Positions 53,508 to 64,000 of a stretch of 64,000 nt of DNA are shown one piece after another. The stretch spans positions 682,001-746,000 of the forward strand of contig JANHCV010000002.1 in the NCBI GenBank assembly GCA_025594325.1, written 5' to 3'. The position numbers were made by a program, and so were the translations under genes. Origin of the DNA: Blastocladiella emersonii ATCC 22665. Taxonomy: Eukaryota > Fungi > Blastocladiomycota. The notes under the pieces are model-generated. The model was not told the DNA's origin. It did not search any database and saw nothing but the letters and a program-made list of their open reading frames with translations. Position 1 is the stretch's first letter. The number at the start of each line of letters is the position of its first letter.

Positions 53508-53641
53508 GGTGCCGCAGTGTGCAATAGTGGTCGTTGGCGGGGGGGGGAGCGAGGGGACAGACTTGCGACTGCTTGAGAGAGGGCCGCCGTGAAAAAAAGC
53601 AGCGCACAGCGTCGGCTGAGCGACCTGTCACTCCCGTCTCG

Positions 53642-53667
53642 ACGCGTCGCGTCGCGTCGCGTCGCGT
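53642..53667. repeat. (CGCGT)5 microsatellite
   Basis: ACGCGTCGCGTCGCGTCGCGTCGCGT read directly, between the fungalysin stop and the LRR gene start. Confidence 0.8.
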
Positions 53668-53804
53668 TTCACACCTCCCACACTCAAGAACGATCGAACC
53701 AGAGACACAGCAGAGAGAGATTCGAGCAAAGATCGCGTTTATGAACATATCAACAAAAAAGGAGCCCGTGGGGCGACCAGCGCCGCACAGCGGACAACCG
53801 ACAC

Positions 53805-55727
53805 TTACTGGCACTCGGCGGGGACCGACAAGTCGTCGCGGTAGTTGGCGGCGTTGACGCCGAGACCGCGCTTGGCGAAGCCGGCCCACACGTCGCACTG
53901 GTGCTTGCCGCCGGTCAGGGCCTTCTCGGCCTGGATGAAGGCGTCGCGCGCATCCACGAAAGACGGCGAGCACGGCGTCAGCTTCATGGCGTCGAGCAGG
54001 ATCTGGAAGAAGACCGTGTTGCCCTTGCCCGACTTGCTGTCGTTGAGCAGGTCGGCCGAGAAGCCGAGCTTGTCGACCAGGTTCCAGTACACCTCGAAGA
54101 GCGTCGCCGCCCACACCTCGCCGATCATGTGCACCTCCTTGTACTCGCGGCGCGCGAGGAACGAGTAGGTGCTCGGGTTGGTTTTCAGGGAGGTCGAGTA
54201 CGGGTACGTGCGGATGCCGGCCGGGTTGTTGACGACGTACGCGCCCATGGGGCGGGGCGTGCTGCGCGTGTCGGTGCGCTTGGCGTTGAACATGAGCGCG
54301 GCCACGTCCGACCAGCCCTCGCCCATGCCGCCGGCCTCGAGCGTGTCGAGGCAGTCCGAGTTGCTCGGCCCGCCGACCAGGCGCGTCGACACGCCGTGGA
54401 AGAACTCGTGCGACGGGATCGACGAGTCGAACACGCCGTCGCGCTTGGGGTTGGTCTCGGTGAAGATGAACATGCGCATCTTGGGCTTCTGGCCGTCGGG
54501 CGGCGTGCCAAAGTCGGCGTTGTTGGTGTCGGCGCCGTCCTGCGCGTTGGCAATCACGGCGTCGTTGCCGCGGCCGCCCTTGCCAAAGTTGTTCTCCTGG
54601 AAGTTGCCCGACTTTTCGTCGAAGCCGTACTGGTACGCAATGTCGTGGATGTTGTTGATGAGGTAGAAGAGCTGCGTCGTGGCGGCCGCCGTGTACGTCG
54701 ACGGGTCCTTTCCGAAATCAGGCTTGGCGTTGAACTGCAGCGCCTTGCCGCCGTCGGGCCGCTTGTTGGTGCGCCACGACGAGTCCTCGCGGCCACGAAT
54801 GTTCTCCTGCGCGTACACGTTGTTGCCGCGCGTGTCGGTAAACGACTTGCCGTTGCCCTGGTCGTGCCAGCCGAGCGGCGACGCGGCCTTGTTGATTGCC
54901 GACGCGGACACGTCGATGGCGCGCACGGGCGTCTCGTCCGGGTTGTTGGCGCCGAACGGCAGCGCCGTGTACGAGGCGTCGGCGGTCCAGTCGACGAGGG
55001 CCTCGACGGCGCCCGTCGCCGCGCTGACGTGGCCATTGTACCACGCGCCCTTGAGCTCGACCTGGTACTGGTAGACCAGCTCGAGCTTGTCGCCCTTTTG
55101 CACGTAGGCAAACTTGACGGGGACCGGGCTCAGCGCGGCGTCGGTCTTGATCTCGTAGGTGCGCGCCGACCCGGGCGCCTCGGCGGTGCGCTCGGTCACG
55201 GTGACGGGCTTGGGCAGGGCGAGGCCGACCTTGGCGGCGAGCGCCTTGAACCCGTCCTCGGGCGACTTGGCCGGCCCGGCCTCGGCGGACGACTCGGCGT
55301 TGGTGACGGGCGGGCGCGGCGGGCGGGCGCCGCGGAAGAACGAGTCGCCGTACGAGATGATCTTGCCGTCCTTGTCGACGTTGATGTTGGCGTTGGCGTT
55401 GGTCACCTCGAGCCCGTTGACGAGCTGGCGCAGGTGCACACTCGTAACACCCGACGAGGTGGTGACGACGTCCTTGACGAGGATCTCGCGCGGCGCGACC
55501 TTGAAGGCGGCGGCGGCGAACGCCTTGGCCACGTCTGCCGGCGCGCGGTTCCCCGTCTCGGGGAGCGGCACGGCGGGGATGGCCGAGGTGAACTTCTTGA
55601 CCTGGCGGTCGGGCACGATGCGCAGGCGCTTGTCCTTGTTGATGGCGGCGGCGTTGACGTTGACCGCGTGGCCGGCCACCAGGGCCAGGACCAGGATCAG
55701 CGTGATCTTGCGGGTCGAGGAGGTCAT
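53805..55727 (-). CDS. Fungalysin (M36) extracellular metalloprotease with FTP propeptide, 640 aa
   Basis: Signal peptide, FTP region (SGVTSVHLRQLVNGLEVTNANANINVD), GFDEKSGNFQENNFG, NNADFGTPPDGQKPKMRMF, HEFFHGVSTRLVGG zinc motif, GGMGEGWSD and HMIGEVWA. Confidence 0.95.
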   Translation of the reverse strand: MTSSTRKITLILVLALVAGHAVNVNAAAINKDKRLRIVPDRQVKKFTSAIPAVPLPETGNRAPADVAKAFAAAAFKVAPREILVKDVVTTSSGVTSVHLRQLVNGLEVTNANANINVDKDGKIISYGDSFFRGARPPRPPVTNAESSAEAGPAKSPEDGFKALAAKVGLALPKPVTVTERTAEAPGSARTYEIKTDAALSPVPVKFAYVQKGDKLELVYQYQVELKGAWYNGHVSAATGAVEALVDWTADASYTALPFGANNPDETPVRAIDVSASAINKAASPLGWHDQGNGKSFTDTRGNNVYAQENIRGREDSSWRTNKRPDGGKALQFNAKPDFGKDPSTYTAAATTQLFYLINNIHDIAYQYGFDEKSGNFQENNFGKGGRGNDAVIANAQDGADTNNADFGTPPDGQKPKMRMFIFTETNPKRDGVFDSSIPSHEFFHGVSTRLVGGPSNSDCLDTLEAGGMGEGWSDVAALMFNAKRTDTRSTPRPMGAYVVNNPAGIRTYPYSTSLKTNPSTYSFLARREYKEVHMIGEVWAATLFEVYWNLVDKLGFSADLLNDSKSGKGNTVFFQILLDAMKLTPCSPSFVDARDAFIQAEKALTGGKHQCDVWAGFAKRGLGVNAANYRDDLSVPAECQ

Positions 55728-56666
55728 GATTCGTCTACTCTAAGGAGTGGTTTGGATGCTGGACCGGTTGGGGGGCTGCGGGGGCGCGGCCGGTATTTAT
55801 CGATTCCGCGGCGGCCGTGGTGAGAGACCCTCGGTATCGACCGCGAAGGCGACATGGAGCACGCGACCCCGCGACCTTGGCGGCGTAGTCCGTGACCACC
55901 GTCACGCGCGGCTGCGACGGGTCGAGCAAACCGGGGGGCACCGATTCGAGCGCGCATGACTCGCGCGCGGGGGCGGACAAACGTTCGGCAGCGCTCCAAA
56001 AGCGGGACGAGTGCGTGATGCGATCGGTGATGGTGTGCGTCCCCCGCCCGCGTGTTCGGCCCACGGCGTGCGCGTGCGCGCGAACAGGAGAACAACAGCC
56101 GCGCGGGGATGCTCGGTGCACGCGACATGCAGGACGCCGTCGTTTCAGATCATGGCCACGCGGGGATTTTCTCGCCACCGCGGGCAGCGATTGGTCCGGC
56201 GATGGGTGGCGGGACACGCATCGTCGCGCGACTCGTCGTCCCCACTCGGCCGTGTTCGCGGCAGCTGGGACTCGTGAGAGCGCCCCGCGATGACGAACGT
56301 TTAGAGCTCGGGCCTTGGCACGAACAGCCCGTGAGTGACTGTGACGTGGATCCGCCGGCCCCTGCGTTCAGCCGTGATGACCCTCGCGGTCGCGAGCGTG
56401 GACATGGTGACGAGGTCAGTGCGCGCGCGACTACGCTGCTTCATCGACCCCGTACTCGATTCCCACCGACGGATCCACGTTTACAGGGTGACGGTCTGGT
56501 GCGCGGCAACGTGGCCGGCGACCACGCTTGCGTGCGTGCGCACAACCCCGACCGACCACGAGGACCCGTGCCCGCGTGCCCGCCGCGGACTCTGTCCTTG
56601 AGAATAGTCCGCTCCGACCCCAACCAACCCTCGTGTCATCAATCCATCCATCTATTCCGAACCGAC

Positions 56667-57326
56667 TCAGTCGATCGTGATCACCTCACGCTTGACGGCG
56701 GTACTCCTCGCGAGACCAGCGCGCGCGACCACCATCTCGCGGACGGCGTGCAGCGCGAGGTCGGCGAGCGGCGTGTCGGCGATGCGGTCGGGCCGCCACG
56801 ACACGACGCCGCGGATCAGGTCGACCGTGACCTGCGTCCCGTCGATGGCGATCCGGCCCGTCTTGGGCTCGATGCATGTTTCGCAACCGAGGCGTTCGGT
56901 AATGGCTGCCGCGACCGCGGAGGGCTCGAGCTCGCGCGTGATGGTCGGCGAAAACGACTGCCGCGCCGACCCGCCCATGCCGCTGACAACAATGAGCTGC
57001 GAGCACCGCAGCCCCGTGCGCAGGTGCGGCGCGACGGCCTCGGCCGCGCGCACGATCGCGACGGGCTCGGGCGTGTTGGGCGGCGAGGTGCGGACGAGCG
57101 CCGTGATGGGCGCCGTTGCCCACGCGTTGCGCTGTATCGCAGCCGCGGGTGTCACCGGGTGGAGCGACTGGCCGCCAAACTTGGCCGCGTTCTGTGCCTC
57201 GGTCACGGCGGCGGCCGCGAAGGCCGCGTTCATGGCGGCGCGCGCGGCGGCAGCGACCTCGGCTGAGATGGCAAGCGACGCGGGCCGGCGGGTGTGGATG
57301 ACGGCGGGCACGTAGTTGGCCGGCAT
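56667..57326 (-). CDS. Hypothetical protein with divergent SUI1/eIF1-like C-terminal domain, 219 aa
   Basis: LIVVSGMG...LEPSAVAAAITERLGCETCIEPKTGRIAIDG resembles the SUI1 pattern (V..V.G/NL...LDP..VA..L...C.....V......IQ.QG). Ala-rich N-terminus; GC3-biased codons. Confidence 0.5.
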   Translation of the reverse strand: MPANYVPAVIHTRRPASLAISAEVAAAARAAMNAAFAAAAVTEAQNAAKFGGQSLHPVTPAAAIQRNAWATAPITALVRTSPPNTPEPVAIVRAAEAVAPHLRTGLRCSQLIVVSGMGGSARQSFSPTITRELEPSAVAAAITERLGCETCIEPKTGRIAIDGTQVTVDLIRGVVSWRPDRIADTPLADLALHAVREMVVARAGLARSTAVKREVITID

Positions 57327-57747
57327 GTGCGTCGGGACCGCGAGTGAGCGGCCCGTGCCTGTCACAGCAATCACGACGCGTTGCGCCACACTGACCACGC
57401 GCCTTGGCCACTCGAGAACCGAGGCATCATAGCACAACCCGCTCTTTTCTAGTCAGCGATATTCGCGTTGGCTACGCATAGGTTCTTGGCAAGCGCAAGA
57501 ACACAGTCGCAGTTCAAGTGACGAGACTCCCTCGCGTCCGCTCAGTTGCTGGAATTACTTCCGTCACCTGCCGATTCCAACGGACTGAGATGCCTTAATA
57601 TTTTGAACTCATCAGAACATCGCGTCGCTTTACTTGCTTCTCGAGGATGGGCTTCAAGCTTTAAGGTTCGTGCAGCTTCACTCGCACGCCTCGTCATCGC
57701 GCTGGCCACCGCGAAACGCTCGCCGGCGACCTTTGCACGGTCCCCCT

Positions 57748-58371
57748 TGATGCAACAGTCACTGAACTCCATGCAACGCCTGCCCGCCATGACGGACCCA
57801 CGCATCGACACCGACTTTTGGTTCAAGTCGCCGATCGGGCTCCTCCACACCGCTGCGATCGCGGCCCCGGTCGCCATGTCCGTCTGGTTCACGTTTACCC
57901 TCAACAACGTGGCTGCTATGCTGCCGGCGCTTATGCTCCACAATGTCATCACAGTCTACCAGCATCATGTCGACGCCGCTGCCGTAACGGCCAAGGTGAC
58001 ATCGGCTTTGCCCCGCGGCTCCGGGGCGCGGAACCCCACCCAGCTTCCTTAGCCGACTCAACTCGGCGCGCCCGTTCATCGCGTACATGTATGTCGGCTC
58101 GCCGGTGATTGTCAACTGCGCCCTCGCTGGATTCCTCTACTTTGCCAAGCCGCAGTCGGCAATCTTTTTCACCGTGGTGTTGCTGAATTCGACCGCTTGC
58201 GTCCATGTTTTGTACGCCTTCGCCGGGCGGCCGCCAGCCCGAGAGTCTACGACGCGACCCGTGCCCGAACCCAGCGCGTTGGCTTCGTCTTCGGCGACGA
58301 CCATGTCCCCGACCGCCGACTCCTCGCCGCACCCGAAGCTCGACGACGACGAGACCGGCGGCCATCAGTGA
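57748..58371 (+). CDS. Possible small membrane protein (two hydrophobic ORF segments; junction unresolved)
   Basis: Hydrophobic segments LLHTAAIAAPVAMSVWFTFTL and PVIVNCALAGFLYFAKPQSAIFFTVVLL lie in different frames. I found no phase-compatible intron. Confidence 0.3.
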
Positions 58372-58739
58372 TCTCATCACCACTGGGGCACGATCAACCT
58401 TGAGTACACGGTCCGCTGGCGTTCGTCGTCCCCTCGTTTTGTTACTGTTGTTGATTAAGCATTAATATATCCACATTGATCAATCTATGCGGTCCGAGCT
58501 CGGCTCATGGCTTGGAGTACTCGCGGGATCGATGCGGCCGAGGAGCTTCGCCGCGTCGCGCCACCCGCGCGAGCGGCGTGGACGTGCCTGCCGCGCCACA
58601 CACAACGACTTCAACGCTCGTCTTTCGCTTGCAGATCTGCTCCGCCAACCGCTTAGAGAGAATCACAAAGTTTTATACAGCCAAACAACATCAACCGACC
58701 CGATCCGATAGTACATCAAGGCCAACCAGCTCGCCTTGC

Positions 58740-61700
58740 TCACGACAGGTGGAAGCTCCCCTGCCCCTCCTCGACCGCGACGCGCATGCGGTCAGCGAGG
58801 ACGGCCGCGGACGAGTAGCTGGGCAGCTTGAGGTAGTTGGCGCACGTCATGACGCTGGGGAGGCACGCGTCGGGGCTGGGCGCCGCGCGGTGGACGACCG
58901 TGAACGGCGGGTTGAGTGCGGTCCACCCGCCGAGCGGGAGCCGCGGTGCGCCCGTGAGGAACGTGAGGAACGCGCGGCGGCCCGCCGGGTCGAGCGCGAC
59001 CATCCAGTCGACGAGGTCGCGCACCACGCGCGAGTCGGCCGAGTACCCGTGGTCGGCGCGGAGCCCCGGCTTGCCGTTGCCCGTGGACCCGCCGCCGATG
59101 AGCGCCGCGTGCGTCCAGTGCTCGTCGGCGGTATCGGCGGCGCCGAACAGCGTTGCGAGGTCGGCCGGGGTGAACAGGGCGGCGAGCTGCGCGGGCGGGA
59201 GGACGCGCGCGAACCCGAGCCGGACGGCAGCTGCGGCAGCCGCGAGCCCCTCGGCGCCGGCGACGCGGTTGGCGACGAGCGCAACGTACCGCTTGGCGTC
59301 GTCGCGCGTCGTGACCATGATCTCGTTGCCACCGGGGACGAGCGGGATCCCGCCAAACTCCATGGCGACCTCGAGCTCGTGCGGGTCGTGCACCTCGAGC
59401 ATGGCATCGAGCGAGTTGGCGACCTCGCGGTCAATGGCGCGCACGTCGTCGAGCGTCGCGCCGCGCTTCGCGTCGGGCGAGTCCGGGTGGAACACGAGCG
59501 CGAGGAGCCGCGGGTGCACAGGGATGTCAACGACGCGGTCGTCGAGCACAGCCTTGGCCATGAGCTGGCCGAGGAGTCGCAGGACCTGCGCGGAGGAGAA
59601 GGCCCCGCCGACGTTGAGCTTGGACGTGGACGTAGCGGACATGGACGAGCCGGACCCGCCCGATTCAGCCGCCGCACCGCCGCCCGCGGGCACCGCGGGC
59701 TTCTTGTCCTCGCTGCCCTCGAGCGCCGCGACATCGTCCGCCGTGACGACGCCGCCGCGCGGTAGGAGGAACGGCGCGGCGCCCTGCGACCAGAGACCCT
59801 GGACCTTGCTGACGGCGTCGACGACGAGCGCGTAGTATTCGAGCGTGGGCCCGAGCCCGGTGCCGACCTCGCCGCGGTACTCGATCTCGAGCATGCTGAA
59901 CTCGTGCGCAAACAGGTCGAGCACCTTGGCCGCGGACGCGAGCACGTGTGCGCGGTCGATGCGCACCTTCTGCCGCTGGATGCGACCGAGCCGCCCGGCG
60001 CCCGGCGCGACGCGCACGAGGCACCGCGCGTACCCGAGGCACGACTGCGCGTAGTACTGGCGGCGCACGGCGAACGGCCACAGGAACCACCACGGGCACG
60101 GGGCGACGCGGCCCGCCGACGACGAACCGGTACTTGCAGCGCGCGGGCCGAGGAACAGCGTGTCGAGCCACGCGGGCTGCGCCTGCGTTGCGGCGAGGAG
60201 GACCTGGCCCATCTGCGCCTGCGCGTGGCGGACGAGCGGCGCGCACGGGAGCGTCATGACGTCCGGGAACTTGGCGCGCAGGGCGGCCGCACACTCGAGC
60301 AGCTTGAGGAGCGCGGGCGGGAGGTCGGCGTTGTCCTGGGCGCCGTCGTCGGCCGCCGGGACAGCAGCTGCGGCCGCCGTATCGTCGTTCTTGGGCACTA
60401 CGTCGACACGGAACAGCGACGCGAAGACCTCGGCGGGCTTGACGTCAGCCGTGCCCTTTTCGCGGCGCAGGTGGTGCCAGGCGGGTTTGAACATGGCGTC
60501 GGCGGGGTCGAGCCGGCGGCCGGCCATGGCGAGCGTCCACTTCTCGGCGTCGACGTGCACGGCGCGGAGCAGCGAGTACAGCGGCGTCACGGCCTGCACG
60601 TTGCAGAACATGTCGACGACCTTGACCTCCTCGGCGGCGGCGTCGTCCTCGGACACCCACTCGTTGTCGCTCGAGGCGGCGGCGGCGGGCTTGGTCGAAG
60701 GCGAGTGCGGGCACTGCGACGCCTCGCTCGCGGGTTCGGCGGCGGCGGCCTCGGCGTCCGAGTCGGCGTGATGCTGCTGCTCATCCTCGTCGCTGGCGCC
60801 GTGCTCCTGCTCGTCGTCGCCGTCCACGTCCTCGTCCATGGGGAACGTCTCGGCGACGGGCGACTCGTCCTCTTCCTCGCCATCGTCGTCGTCATCGTGC
60901 TCCTCCTCGTCGTCGTCGTTCTCCTCCTCGTCCCCCTCATCCTCATCCCCCTCCTCCTGGTCCGACGACGACGCGAGCTCGGGCGGTATCCCGCCGCCGG
61001 CACCAATCGCAGCGATCCCGCCCTTGATCGCATTGGCGGGCACGCGGAGCTGGACGCGGATCATGTTGAGCAGGACCTCGGGCGCGGCGCCGTCGTCGCG
61101 GCCGGGGGACCGGAACGACCCGGACCCGCGCGGCACCGGGTCGCGCACCAGCGGGAGTGCGTGCACGTACCGGGCGAGGAGCGCATGGAGGTGGTCCTGC
61201 GCGCGGGCCGCGTCGTCGGGCGTGGCGATGCGGGTCGCGGCGTCGGTGAAGTAGACCGAGTGCAGGAACTCCCACGGGGTCAGGTCGGTGAGCGGGACGG
61301 CCGGGTCGATGGCGGCGGGCGGGAGGTCGATGGCGACCTTGGCGGCAGGGGCCGCGGCTGCCGCAGAAGTGGGCTCGGCAGCAGGCTCAGCAGCGGCCTC
61401 AATAGCGGCCTCGGCGGCCGAGTCAACCGAGTCGGGCTCGGCCATTTCGACATCCTCGGTCACAGCCGCAGCCGCAGCCGCCGGTTCCGCAGCCGCAGCC
61501 ACCGGCGCTGGCGCCGGCTGCTCGACGAGCGCGAGCCCGTGGCGGCGGCACACGTCCGGCGCCGCGGTCGCGAGGAACACGGGCAGTGTGTGGTCGGTCC
61601 CGATCGCGCGGCGCGCGACGGCGGCGATGACGCGCTGGACGAGCGTGGGCGAGACGAGGCGGAGTACGGCCTCGGCGCCGCCGCTGGTCTTGATCCCGCC

Positions 61701-64000
61701 GAGGACGTGCAGGAGCAGGTTCCAGACCGACGACGACGGCGAGGCCGACTTACCCGCGGCGGCAACCGCGACGGGCGCGGCATCGTCGTCAGGCATGCTA
61801 AGGAGACACTCGACGAGCTGGCGCGCGCGCTCCTCGCGCTGTGCGGGGTCCGCGTGCTGCGCGTCGCCGCCGACCTCGGCGTCGACGAGCGCGGTGAGGA
61901 GACGGACGTGGTCTGGGCCGAGGGGTGACGCCGAGGCCGCGACCGCACCACCGGCGGCCGCGGGGTCGAGCAGCGAGTCGAGGAGCCCGCGCTGGACGAG
62001 CGCGTGGGCGACCTTGCCGGACGTGGACCGGGTGCACGCGGTGCACAGGATGGCTGCGGCGGCGGGGGACTCGCGGACGCGGGTGGCGAGGACGGCGAGC
62101 GGGCGGTCGTCGGGCTCGAGGCACAGGGCGTCGACGTCGCGCGTGTTGGCGACGAGGTTGGCCCACGCGCGGTCGACGCCGTTGCGCGTCTGCGGGTCGT
62201 GGATGTCGCCGAGAAGACGGAGCAGCGTGGCGCGGAGGCTCGGGTCGGCGGCCACAGCGGCGGCACCGCGGGCGTGGCGGCAGCACTGGGCGGCAGTGGC
62301 GACAGCGAGGCGCTGAGTCGGGAGCGGGTAAAAGTCGAGGAACTCGAGAAGCGCCGGGATGGCGCCGGCGTCGACGAGCGGGCCGGCGTCGGTGCCCTCA
62401 ATGGCGTGGTGCGAGTCGCGGCCTGCGCCCGACGACGAGGGCTGATTGCCGGCGCCGGCACCCGCCGCGGACGGGTTGGGCGCGCCCGAGAGCTTGTGCA
62501 AGACAAGGACGACGGCCTCGGCGACGTCAATGTACTCGATGTTGCGCAGGGTGGCGACGAGGGCAGGTGCGGCACGGGCGCGAGCGAGGAGCGGGACGGC
62601 GCCCGAGGGAAAGGCGTCGAGGAGGGCGACGCACGAGCGTACGGCCATGAGGCTGACCTCGGTGCCGAGCAAGGCGTGGGCGAGCTGGGCGACCGTGTCC
62701 TCGGGGTCGGTGCACTGGATGAGGGCGACGAGGCGGCGCGTGATGTGGTCGAGGACGTGGCGCGGCGGGGGTGGTGGTGCGTCGGCGCCACCGGTGGTGG
62801 CGGAGGTGGGCGGCGACGAGGCCGAGGTCGGCGAGGTGCGGTAGTCGGCCGAGGTGGACATGCACACGGCGGCGAGCACCTCCTCGTGGTTGAGCAGGAG
62901 CAGGTCGCCGAGCTGCTGCAGGGCCATGAACAGGTCGCTCGGGTCGTCGCACTGCGAGAGGTGGCGGGCGATGCCGCGCATCTCGTCGGCGAGACGGCGC
63001 GTCGCGGACATGGCGCCGTTGCCCGAGCCCGATCCCGCGCCGGCCAGGGCGGCCGCGTTCTGGAGCATGGCCGAGAGCATGCTCTGCATGTTGCCCTGGG
63101 ACTGGGGCTGGCTCGCCTGCGACGATGACGAGGCGGGCTGGGCGGCCGCGGGGGCATCTAGGAATTATTCGACGTGGTCAGTCCTGGTTTCCGAGAAGTG
63201 AGTCGGAGCCACGCACCACTCGAGGGAGCAGCCGACTCGGCCGGCGCAGCAGCCGGGGCCGGTGCCGGTGGCTCGGGCGCAGCCGCCGCCGCTGCCGAAG
63301 ACGGCGAGGAAGACGCCTCGGCCATGTTGGTGTTGCTGCTGTTGCGCTTGTTGGCGGTACGAGAAGTGCGCGGTCGCGCCGCGGTGGGTGCGGGCGGAGC
63401 CGAGGTCGGGGGTGGCGCCGTGGTGCCGGTCGCGTTGCGGGGAGTGTTGATGCGCGCACTGCGTCGGGCTCCCGTCGGCGCGGGCGGGGCGGGAGCGGGG
63501 GCGCCACGGGAAGCGGAGCGCGTTCCGCCGGCGGCCGCAGCGGCGGTGGTGACGCGACTCGGCGCGGCGGTCACGTCAGGTGACGCCACGCGCGCGCGCC
63601 GCGCTGAGCCGCTCGCCGTGGTCGCCGCCGAGGCAGCCGCGGCCGCGGCCGTGGACGAGCGCGTCGTGCGTGAGGTAGGCTTGGGCGGCGGGGTCGGGGG
63701 CGGGGGTGGTGACTGAATGGGGTGGGGACGTGTCAGTGCGTGTGGCGGCGCGGCGGTCTCTGGCGCGTCAGACAGGCGTACCGGGGCGGCGGCCCCGCGG
63801 CGGCGCGGGCGCTTGGTGGACGGCTCGACGGCGGCGGGCGACGCGGCGCGCTTGGTCGCGGAGCGGGTCTGGCGCTTGGACTCGCCGGGCCCGTCGTCGC
63901 CGGTCAGGGGCGTCGTGGTCCACTGCAGCGACGCGGCGATGGAGGTGCGGGCGCTGCGGCGGACGGGCGGGACGGGCGGTGCGGGTGTAGCGGAGGAGGA
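58740..64000 (-). CDS. UFD4: HECT E3 ubiquitin ligase, UFD4/TRIP12 family; 5' truncated; join(>64000..63782,63712..63217,63157..58740)
   Basis: ARM-like region (ATLRNIEYIDVAE, LLEFLDFYPLPTQRLAVATAAQCC), GRIQRQKVRIDR, LEIEYRGEVGTGLGPTLEYYALV, RAFLTFLTGAPRLPLGGWTALNPPFTVV and catalytic LPSVMTCANYLKLPSYSS...GQGSFHLS. Introns 63158-63216 and 63713-63781 extend the frame to the window edge. Confidence 0.93.

Noticed and set aside
474-63128. Many long antisense or alternative-frame ORFs (for example 474..2990-, 11382..13274-, 25869..28424-, 38510..40375+, 42248..43816+, 53901..55823+, 59904..61928+)
   Set aside because: They are shadows of GC3-rich real genes, where stop codons are depleted on the other frames. 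The products are Arg/Gly/Ala-rich and lack motifs.

Overview
This is eukaryotic, high-GC fungal genomic DNA with no rRNA, tRNA, CRISPR or recognisable transposase. Short GT-AG introns (about 57-74 nt), a Zn(II)2Cys6 factor, a fungalysin and a ciliary ARL3 point to a flagellated, zoosporic fungus; a Blastocladiomycota-like organism (Allomyces/Blastocladiella/Catenaria type) is my inference. Several genes were rebuilt by hand across introns the ORF track misses. Housekeeping blocks with very GC-rich codon usage encode a KCC-type SLC12 (5' truncated), an MscS/EF-hand channel, a GPI-anchored protein, an HSPA12-like Hsp70, PIG-V/GPI18, a PB1 protein, a Zn2Cys6 factor, MTHFR, a caprin-like protein, an ArfGAP, NAMPT, TAF8, aprataxin, ARL3, an M36 fungalysin and a UFD4/TRIP12 HECT ligase (5' truncated). 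Three visibly lower-GC accessory islands (about 3-11, 33-38.5 and 48.3-53.8 kb) hold duplicated or decaying genes: a tandem pair of mitochondrial PPR-like proteins, a four-member family with a shared F-box-like N-terminal module fused to either ankyrin-like or LRR arrays, and a tandem pair of orphan helical genes, one of them a pseudogene. Other highlights are a metacaspase lacking its catalytic Cys, a small secreted Kex2-type precursor with duplicated RGD motifs, a stand-alone SUI1-like protein, and an animal-type NAMPT and KCC. All family calls come from recalled motifs, not database searches.
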